The notes under the pieces are model-generated. The model saw nothing but the letters and a program-made list of their open reading frames with translations, was not told the DNA's origin and did not search any database. 12,443 bases of DNA from assembly GCA_003133025.1 (NCBI GenBank), contig PKZK01000187.1, positions 87,366-99,808 on the forward strand. Reading direction: 5' to 3'. The stretch's first letter is position 1. The number at the start of each line of letters is the position of its first letter. Origin of the DNA: Vulcanimicrobiota bacterium (GTDB lineage: Bacteria; Vulcanimicrobiota; Vulcanimicrobiia; Vulcanimicrobiales; Vulcanimicrobiaceae). The position numbers were made by a program, and so were the translations under genes. This document shows, piece by piece, positions 1-6,779 of the stretch.

Positions 1-819
1 CTCGCACCGGGCGGCACGATCGTCGAAGGCACTGCGGGCAACACCGGCATCGCGCTGACCCTGATCGCAAACGCGCGCGGCTATCGCGCGATCATCTGCA
101 TTCCCGACGATCAATCGCCCGAGAAGTACGAATTGCTGCGCACGTTCGGCGCCGAAGTGCGCGTGATCCCCGCGGTCGCCTTCACCAACCCCGAGAACTA
201 TTATCACGTCGCGCGCCGCGTCGCCGAGGAGACGCCCGGCGCGATCTGGGCCGATCAATTCAACAACACAGCCAATCGCGGCGCACACTACACCACGACC
301 GGTCCCGAGATCTGGAATGCCTTCGGCGCGAGCCTCAGCGCGTTCGTCGCGGCCTGCGGCACCGGCGGCACGCTCGCCGGCACGAGCGCCTATCTCAAGG
401 AACGCAATCCGGCGATCCGCACCGTGCTCTGCGACCCCTACGGTTCCGCGCTCTTCAGCTTCGTCAAGAGCGGCGTGCTCGAAACCGAGGGCGATTCCAA
501 CGCCGAAGGCATCGGCATCAAGCGCATCACCGACAACTTCAAGGACGCACCCGTCGACGACGCGTTGCGCGTCGACGACCAAACGATGGTCGAAATGGCC
601 TACTGGCTCCTACGCGAGGAAGGCATCTACATCGGTGGCTCCGCCGCACTCAACGTGGCAGGCGCAGCCCGCTACGCGCGCACGCTGCCCGAAGGCAGCA
701 CGGTCGTCACGATCCTCTGCGACGGAGGCGACCGCTACCGTTCACGACTCTGGAACCGCACCTGGCTCGAAGAAAACGACTGCGTCCCCCACGCGAGCGG
801 TTTGGAGTTTCTCGGTTAG
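1..819 (+). CDS. cysK: PLP-dependent cysteine synthase family protein, 5'-truncated by window edge
   Basis: Frame is open from base 1 (LAPGGTIVEGTAGNTGIALTLIANARGY...), so the ORF-track start at 133 is internal. Motifs EGTAGNTG, NQF-like DQFNN, HYTTTGPEIW, GTGGT, EGIG and TILCDGGDRY are present; TAG at 817-819. CysK versus CysM subtype is not resolved. Confidence 0.9.
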   Translation, partial: LAPGGTIVEGTAGNTGIALTLIANARGYRAIICIPDDQSPEKYELLRTFGAEVRVIPAVAFTNPENYYHVARRVAEETPGAIWADQFNNTANRGAHYTTTGPEIWNAFGASLSAFVAACGTGGTLAGTSAYLKERNPAIRTVLCDPYGSALFSFVKSGVLETEGDSNAEGIGIKRITDNFKDAPVDDALRVDDQTMVEMAYWLLREEGIYIGGSAALNVAGAARYARTLPEGSTVVTILCDGGDRYRSRLWNRTWLEENDCVPHASGLEFLG

Positions 820-826
820 TTGGGGC

Positions 827-961
827 TTACGGCTTCAAGCGAAAGACGACGCCGGCGTTCGCCGGCCCACCGTACTGCGTCGTTCCGTAAAGCACTCCCG
901 ATGAGTCGTAGATGAGCGTTCCCCGAGGCACCGCGCCATCAAACAGGTGAAATGAATACAG
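827..961 (-). pseudogene. Start-less C-terminal fragment of a Gloeo_Verruco (GloVer, TIGR03803-like) repeat protein
   Basis: Manual translation LYSFHLFDGAVPRGTLIYDSSGVLYGTTQYGGPANAGVVFRLKP* (TAA at 829-827) fits the repeat consensus LYSF..DG..P...L..D..G.LYGTT..GG....G.VF.L. There is no in-frame start between 962 and the upstream stop at 1034-1036. Confidence 0.75.
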
Positions 962-968
962 GCACCGC

Positions 969-2573
969 CTAGGCGTAGGTGACTTCCTCTGCCTGTTCGA
1001 TGCGTGAGAGCACCCAGTCGAATTTCCCGCTCGTCACGGCGGCCTTGCAGAAGCGGCATTCGCCGATTTGGTTGACGTCGAGCGGGGCGCCGCAGTTGGG
1101 GCAGCGTTTGTCGAGCAAACCGTGTTCGGGCGTCTTCGCATTGGTCGAACGCTGGAACGTCCAAAACTCCGTGAACGGCTCCGGACTGCGCGAGCCGAAA
1201 ACCATCGCGCCGGTCTTCTCGTCGATCTCGTAATCGACGCACGAAGCGTCGATGCGCACGGTTACGTCGTCGAAGGCGCCGCCGTGCAGCACCGCGACCG
1301 GCGCGATCGCGGAGATGTGCACGTTCTCGATGATGTTCTTGCGGCGTTCGAAAGCCATCGTCTCGACCTGGGCGCTCCAGCCGTAATACAGGCCCAGGCT
1401 CATGAAGCCGCGGCCCACGTCGAGATCGCGGGCGGCCCAGGCCTGCTGCAGGGCTACGAACGCCCCGCGCACGCGCTCGATGAAGGCCGCGCCGTCGAAC
1501 TGCGGATCGCTCGCCGCAATCGCGGCGAATCCGTCTTGCGGCGACAAGCGTTTCGCGCCGAATAGCGGCTCGGGACGCGCGCCTTCGAAGGCCGCCTGCG
1601 AGATTGCCGCAACGGTCCAATCGAAGGCGCCGGCAGAGATGTCGGCTCGGCAAAATTTACAGTGCCCGTCGGCCGCGAGTTCGAGCGGAGCGCCGCACTG
1701 CGGACACTTCATGGCGACGACGCCGCCCTCGCTCAAGGACGTGACGCCGGGCTGCCGCCGGAACGTCCAGCGCTGCCCGCGCCGGCGGTCTTCGCCCTCG
1801 TCGCTGACCTGCGTGCCCGACGCATCGAAGACGCGCATACGGTAAACCAAGTCGAAATGCACGACGATCTCGTCGCCGGCTTCGCCGTGCGTGGCCGAGA
1901 CCACGTGCAAGCCGCGCACGTTGAGATCGTCGAGGATCGGCCGCTTCTGGGCCGCGGCGAACCCGTCGACGTCGCGCCGCCACTGCTCGAAAGCCTCCGC
2001 CGTGAGATACGGCCGGGCCGCCGCTGCATCGGCGTGCTGATACGCGCGCGAGACCAGAAAGAACGCCATCTCCGCGCGTTGGAGAAACGTCTCCGGTTCG
2101 AAGGCCGGATCGGCGGCAGCGATCGCCTCGAGTTCCTGCTCCACCGCATCCGGCCGAGCAGTTTGCAATGCGCGCGCGTCGATCACCTGAACGAACGTGT
2201 CGTTGTCCGGCCGCATGCCGGATTGAACGCCGAGGCTAGCCATGGCGGCGGCATTATCGGCCGCGGCCCGGCGCATCGTGCGGATCACCAGGATGCAGAT
2301 CACGACGAAGACGAGTGTCGGCACGAGAAAGAACAAGAGGCCCAGGAAGAAGCCGCCTCCTCCGCCGCCGTTCCCGTTGCCGCCCCAATGATACATGGTA
2401 TGCATGTGCGACGAGTGAAAACCGCCGCTGCTGTGGCTCCCTCCTCCACCGCTCGAGTGGCCGCCGCCACCGTGCCCGCCGCCGCCGCCCCGCGCGAACG
2501 CCACGTCGCAGGAAGCGAGCGTGGCGAAGAGCGCGAGGGCGAGTGCGCCGAGGCGTGCGGAGAGGCGGCGCAC
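969..2573 (-). CDS. Membrane protein with two tandem Tim44-like + zinc-ribbon modules (534 aa)
   Basis: GTG start 4 bp after the SPFH stop; signal peptide, Gly/His-rich segment, TM helix (FFLGLLFFLVPTLVFVVICILVI); two 177-aa repeats, each with DPxF...F..R...AF, WTFxR and CPxCGAPL...CxFC...GxFDW. Confidence 0.85.
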   Translation of the reverse strand: MRRLSARLGALALALFATLASCDVAFARGGGGGHGGGGHSSGGGGSHSSGGFHSSHMHTMYHWGGNGNGGGGGGFFLGLLFFLVPTLVFVVICILVIRTMRRAAADNAAAMASLGVQSGMRPDNDTFVQVIDARALQTARPDAVEQELEAIAAADPAFEPETFLQRAEMAFFLVSRAYQHADAAAARPYLTAEAFEQWRRDVDGFAAAQKRPILDDLNVRGLHVVSATHGEAGDEIVVHFDLVYRMRVFDASGTQVSDEGEDRRRGQRWTFRRQPGVTSLSEGGVVAMKCPQCGAPLELAADGHCKFCRADISAGAFDWTVAAISQAAFEGARPEPLFGAKRLSPQDGFAAIAASDPQFDGAAFIERVRGAFVALQQAWAARDLDVGRGFMSLGLYYGWSAQVETMAFERRKNIIENVHISAIAPVAVLHGGAFDDVTVRIDASCVDYEIDEKTGAMVFGSRSPEPFTEFWTFQRSTNAKTPEHGLLDKRCPNCGAPLDVNQIGECRFCKAAVTSGKFDWVLSRIEQAEEVTYA

Positions 2574-2577
2574 GCGG

Positions 2578-3594
2578 TTAGCCGGGCGTCACGTGCGCGC
2601 CGCAGTTGGCGCAGAAATTCGCGCCCGCCGCGAGCGCCGTGCCGCACGACGAACAGAAGTGCGCCGTGCCCGGCTGAGCCGGCGCGGCGGGTTGCGCTGG
2701 AGCGGCTTGCTGCTGCGGCGCCTGCGCCGGAGGCGCAGCGGCGCCCGCCACGATGTTGCCCAAACCGAGTCCGATGCCCAGCAGCGCGGAACTGCCGCCG
2801 CCGGCGTTGCCGTTGGCAGCACCTTCACCGATGCCGCGCAACGCTTCACCGGCACCGTATTGCGTGAACGATCCGGCCAGCTTCGTATAGCTCACGTCGC
2901 GGCGGAAGTTCTTGAGCGTCTCTTCGTCCTTCTGGTCGAGCGAGATCGTGAAGTTACCCATCCGTACGATCTGCACGCCGTAGCTCGAGACTTGCGTCTG
3001 CACCGCGGCGAGCGTCTCTTTCTCGATGTCGTCGGTGCGCGCGGCGATGCCCAGGATGGGCCAGCCGTTGCGCACGATCTGCGCGGTGACGCCGGTGCGC
3101 AGCACCTTGAGCACCTGCTCGCGCATCCAGTCGGTGATGGAGTCGTTCGAGGCGAGGTTGCGCGTGCCGGCCAGATTCACGATGAGCGCGCCCGGATCGA
3201 TCACTTTGAGCGAATAGTCGCCGAAGACGCGCAGGCCGACGGCGAGCTGGGTCTCGGGATCGACCACGTTGTCGATCACGCCGCCGAAGGGCAAGTTCGG
3301 GAACTCGCGGGTGCCCACGAAGTAGAGTTCCGACTTGAAGAAGTTGCCGTTGGTCGCGTTATCGACGAGGCCGCCCAAGAACGGGATGTTCGCCGCATCG
3401 AGCGTCGACCGGCCCGGCTGCAGAACGCCGGCCACGCGACCCTCTTTCAGGAAGAGCGCGACTTCATCGGCCTCGACCGTGACCTGCGCGAATTTCGGGA
3501 TCGTCGCGTCGGGCCACTTGAAGACGATCTGGCCTTTGCTCGCGTCGGGACGTGCGACGAATTCACGGCGCAGGGGGTTCAGAAAAAATCCCAT
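2578..3594 (-). CDS. SPFH/band-7 domain protein (YdjI-like) with C-terminal double zinc ribbon (338 aa)
   Basis: ATG at 3594-3592 preceded by GGGGGAG SD (the ORF-track start at 3849 overlaps the divergent gene). Seen: QVTVEADEVALFLKEG, PGRSTL...NIPFL, FKSELYFV, LRVFGDYSLKVIDP; a Pro/Ala/Gln linker; FCSSCG...FCANCG. Confidence 0.88.
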   Translation of the reverse strand: MGFFLNPLRREFVARPDASKGQIVFKWPDATIPKFAQVTVEADEVALFLKEGRVAGVLQPGRSTLDAANIPFLGGLVDNATNGNFFKSELYFVGTREFPNLPFGGVIDNVVDPETQLAVGLRVFGDYSLKVIDPGALIVNLAGTRNLASNDSITDWMREQVLKVLRTGVTAQIVRNGWPILGIAARTDDIEKETLAAVQTQVSSYGVQIVRMGNFTISLDQKDEETLKNFRRDVSYTKLAGSFTQYGAGEALRGIGEGAANGNAGGGSSALLGIGLGLGNIVAGAAAPPAQAPQQQAAPAQPAAPAQPGTAHFCSSCGTALAAGANFCANCGAHVTPG

Positions 3595-3672
3595 GATGCT
3601 CCCCCGATATCGGCGTTGGTACCGCCGTGTTTCAGGCAGGCCCACGGTCGCCCTGCGCGGAGTACACCCGGC

Positions 3673-4818
3673 ATGCGAGTTCTCTCCCAGATTGCTCTGG
3701 CCGCGGCCGTCGTGCTCGCCGCCTCGGCCGGCGTCGCGGCCGGCGACGATCGCTTCGACCGGGCCGATACGGCCCTGGGCACGGTGTTGGACCGCTATTC
3801 GATTCCGGGCGCGGCGCTGGCCATCGCCCGCGACGGCGCCGTGCTCCACGCACGGGGCTTCGGCTACGCCGACGTGGCCGCCAAGACGCCGGTCAAGCCC
3901 GACTCGCTATTTCTGATCGCGAGCGTGTCGAAAACACTCACCGCGATGGCCGTGCTCAAGCTGGTCGAGGAGCACAAACTCTCACTCGACGACGAGGCGT
4001 TCTCGTTCGTCGCCGACCTGCCGCAGCCCGCGGGTACCACGCGCGACCCCCGCCTCGCCGCGATCACGGTGCGCGACCTGCTCGACCACGCCGGCGGCTG
4101 GGACCGGTCCTCGCACGGCGAGCCCGCCTCCAAGATCGAGGAGATCCACCACGTGCTGGGCACCACGGGCGAACCCACGCCCCAGGACGTGATCCGCTAC
4201 GTCACGACCTTGCCCCTGGATTTCGCGCCGGGCACGCGCTCCGCGTACTCGAACTTCGGCTACATCCTGGCCGGCGAGATCGTGGCGCGCGTCTCGCACG
4301 AGCCCTACGAACGTTTCGTGCGCGAAAACGTGCTCGTGCCCGCAGGCGTCACCGACGCGGCTATTTCCCACCTTCCCGCCGCGCTGCCCGGCGAAGTGTT
4401 CCGCTATGGCGACGGAGGCGCGAAGCTGGAGAACGGCTCGGCGCTCGCGACCTCGGCCGCCGGCGGCTGGGTCTTGTCGGCCCTCGACTATGTGAAAATC
4501 CTCGCCGCCTTGCACGCGGGCCGGATCCTCGGCGACGCCTCGCTCGACGCGATGTTCGCCCCGCCCTATCCGCCCTTGCAGGCGCGAAAGAACGGCACCG
4601 CCTTCGGCCTGGGCTGGGATACGGTCGGCCGCAACGTTCAGGGCCGGCTCTATTACGCAAAAAACGGAGTGCTGCCCGGCATCCGCACCTGGGTGCAACA
4701 TCGCGCGGGCGGTCTCGACGTGATTCTTTTCACTAACGGTAACGGGAGTTCGAACGGCGACGACGAGGCCGGCATCAAAGCCGGCATCGCTGCGGTCGAT
4801 GCGGCGCTCGACTCATAG
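3673..4818 (+). CDS. Secreted serine hydrolase, beta-lactamase class C/AmpC-like family (381 aa)
   Basis: ATG at 3673 with GGAG upstream; Sec-type signal (MRVLSQIALAAAVVLAASAGVAA); FLIASVSK (SxxK), LLDHAGG, FAPG...YSNFGY (YxN), FGLGW, and KNG in the third-motif position. Confidence 0.9.
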   Translation: MRVLSQIALAAAVVLAASAGVAAGDDRFDRADTALGTVLDRYSIPGAALAIARDGAVLHARGFGYADVAAKTPVKPDSLFLIASVSKTLTAMAVLKLVEEHKLSLDDEAFSFVADLPQPAGTTRDPRLAAITVRDLLDHAGGWDRSSHGEPASKIEEIHHVLGTTGEPTPQDVIRYVTTLPLDFAPGTRSAYSNFGYILAGEIVARVSHEPYERFVRENVLVPAGVTDAAISHLPAALPGEVFRYGDGGAKLENGSALATSAAGGWVLSALDYVKILAALHAGRILGDASLDAMFAPPYPPLQARKNGTAFGLGWDTVGRNVQGRLYYAKNGVLPGIRTWVQHRAGGLDVILFTNGNGSSNGDDEAGIKAGIAAVDAALDS

Positions 4819-4855
4819 AGTACGAATTGCGACCTAGGTCGAAGGCCACGCACCA

Positions 4856-5026
4856 ATGACGACACGGAAAAGCGACGCCGAACCGCTGCTGGCTTCATCC
4901 GCCGGCCCGAACTTGATCTGCGACGCCTGCGGGCAGGCGTTCTATTCGGAGTCCGCCGCCGGAATGGCCGACCGCCCGTGCAGCGGCGAAGGCTGCACGG
5001 GCCGGCTCCAGTTGACCTCTCCTTAG
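4856..5026 (+). CDS. Small four-Cys (zinc-ribbon-like) protein, 56 aa
   Basis: Manual translation MTTRKSDAEPLLASSAGPNLICDACGQAFYSESAAGMADRPCSGEGCTGRLQLTSP*; CxxC...CxxxxC; GAAGG at 4841-4845 upstream; fills the gap between neighbours without overlap. Confidence 0.6.
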   Translation: MTTRKSDAEPLLASSAGPNLICDACGQAFYSESAAGMADRPCSGEGCTGRLQLTSP

Positions 5027-5044
5027 CGTTTCGCTCGGTCCGCC

Positions 5045-5260
5045 TTAGGCGCTGGCCATCCCGCTGAAGTAGAAGCGGTTGCCGTCCGTGGTCTCGATCA
5101 CGATGCGGCGTTTCTCTGCGATCACGAACCCTACCGTCTTTCCCTGTAGGGCGTTGAGGATCGATTGGGTTTCCTCGACTGCTTCGTCGGCTAGGGCCTC
5201 CGCGTCGATCTTCCGCAAGCGCTCGTCGTCCTCGTCGAAATCATCTCGGTACTGTAACAA
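5045..5260 (-). CDS. Small acidic hypothetical protein (71 aa)
   Basis: TTG start preceded by AGGAGGT with 7-nt spacing; natural-looking composition (acidic helical N-half, beta-rich C-half GKTVGFVIAEKRRIVIETTDGNRFYF). Confidence 0.75.
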   Translation of the reverse strand: MLQYRDDFDEDDERLRKIDAEALADEAVEETQSILNALQGKTVGFVIAEKRRIVIETTDGNRFYFSGMASA

Positions 5261-5267
5261 TCTGGTA

Positions 5268-5274
5268 ACCTCCT
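5268..5274 (-). promoter_or_regulatory. Strong Shine-Dalgarno site (AGGAGGT) for the 71-aa gene
   Basis: Minus strand reads TTAGGAGGTTACCAGA-TTG. Confidence 0.75.
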
Positions 5275-5394
5275 AAGGGCGCTCGACTTGCGTTCAACGA
5301 TACATGACGCACGTAGCCCCGTAACGCGTGCGCGGTCACTCTTTTGCTAACGCGTCAGCGCCAACTGTGCGCGCGCTCGCTATTTTCCGAATTC

Positions 5395-6741
5395 CTAATC
5401 GTTGTCGGGTATCTCGTCGAGTGCTCCCGGGCGCTCGAAGAAGGCGGCGCGATGCAAACTCGGGATCGGAGCGAACGCCTCGGGCGCCTGGCTGAAGTCG
5501 AAACAGTCGCGGAGCGCGTCCGAGCGCGTATCGGTCGTGTTCAATGACGGAAGATCGAACGCTCGCTCGGTAAACTTGAGAACGCTTCCGAATTCGTGCC
5601 GCACGTGTGACACGTATCCGCGTCGCGCGTACGGTGAGATCACGATGAACGGCACGCGAAATGCGAGGCCCATGCGATCGAGTTCGGGCGGCGTCACGTG
5701 GTCGTACCATCCGCCCCAATCGTCCCACACGACGAAGATTGCCGTGCTGTTCCAGAGCGGGCCTTCACCGACGGCGTTCACCACCGACGCAACCCAGTCC
5801 GGTCCATATTGGCCCGTGCTGGCGATGTCGCCCGCGGTCGCGTGATGCGGAAACGGATGATCGGAATTGGCCGCGGTCGGCACCACCCAAGTGATCGCCG
5901 GGAGATCGCCGTGACGCGCATCGTCGAGCACCCGCGTTTCCGGCGAGATGACGTTCTGCCAGAGCGGACCGTACCGGATGTGCTTGATCGCGTCGAACGC
6001 CGACCAGATGCTGCCGAGGCTATCCAGCGGCGGCGCGTAATAGCGCCAGGACACGCCCGCCGCCTCCGCACGGTCGGCGATCGTCGGAAAGTCCAAGCAC
6101 GGAAATGGACCGGGAACCTCGACGCCGAGCGCATCGATACGAGTGACGGTCGCATTGGGCGGCGAGTCGCAGCCCCACGCGAAGTGCGTCGTCTCGAGAT
6201 GATTCGGATTGCTCGCGGTCAGATCGGATTCGCCGGCGATCAAGTAGAGGTGCGCGGGAAAACTGGGTCCCGTATTCGACTGAAACATCTTGTCGGCGAG
6301 CGTCCAGCGCGAAGCCATCGTCCAGTACGGTTCGATCTGCGCGCGCGGCACGTAGGCATACGGAAACGTCGGCGCCTGCCGCGGCGAGGTCATCGCCACG
6401 TCCCAGCCGTCCATCCGGCCGCCGTCGTACTCTTGTACGAAGGCACGGTGCTGGTGGTCGACGTCGGCCGGAAAATCCAAATCGACCGGATGCAAGGCCA
6501 CCGGCCCGCTGTGCGACATGCCCGTGTCGGCGCTATCCGCGCCGGGAAAATCCTTGAAGAAGTTGTCGAACGAGCGGTTCTCTTGGATGATGACGACGAT
6601 GTGCTTGACGTGCTTGCGCAACTCGGCGCGATAGCGTTCGACCGCCGCCGTAGGCGGCGCCGCGCCTACCGGTTGCACGCTCGCCGGCCCGGCGGCAAGC
6701 AACACGAGCAAGAACGAAACTCTCCAGCGGTCGCACGTCAT
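5395..6741 (-). CDS. Phospholipase C/AcpA-type phosphoesterase (alkaline phosphatase superfamily), exported
   Basis: KHIVVIIQENRSFDNFF, GPSFPAH, NSDHP, WDDWGGWYDHV, FRVPFIVISPYA, EFGSVLKF; hydrophobic N-terminus. Start is ATG 6741 or ATG 6753; the ORF-track start at 6846 overlaps the divergent paralog. Confidence 0.9.
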   Translation of the reverse strand: MTCDRWRVSFLLVLLAAGPASVQPVGAAPPTAAVERYRAELRKHVKHIVVIIQENRSFDNFFKDFPGADSADTGMSHSGPVALHPVDLDFPADVDHQHRAFVQEYDGGRMDGWDVAMTSPRQAPTFPYAYVPRAQIEPYWTMASRWTLADKMFQSNTGPSFPAHLYLIAGESDLTASNPNHLETTHFAWGCDSPPNATVTRIDALGVEVPGPFPCLDFPTIADRAEAAGVSWRYYAPPLDSLGSIWSAFDAIKHIRYGPLWQNVISPETRVLDDARHGDLPAITWVVPTAANSDHPFPHHATAGDIASTGQYGPDWVASVVNAVGEGPLWNSTAIFVVWDDWGGWYDHVTPPELDRMGLAFRVPFIVISPYARRGYVSHVRHEFGSVLKFTERAFDLPSLNTTDTRSDALRDCFDFSQAPEAFAPIPSLHRAAFFERPGALDEIPDND

Positions 6742-6779
6742 GCCGTCTACCATACCCCCGAGTTGGGAACAATGGGCGT

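Noticed and set aside
2521..4818. 765-aa ORF suggesting a large fusion protein
   Set aside because: The first 384 codons are the antisense shadow of the SPFH gene; the real protein begins at ATG 3673 with a signal peptide.
3673..4818. Calling the serine hydrolase an antibiotic-resistance beta-lactamase
   Set aside because: The fold motifs are shared by esterases and peptidases; substrate cannot be inferred from this sequence.
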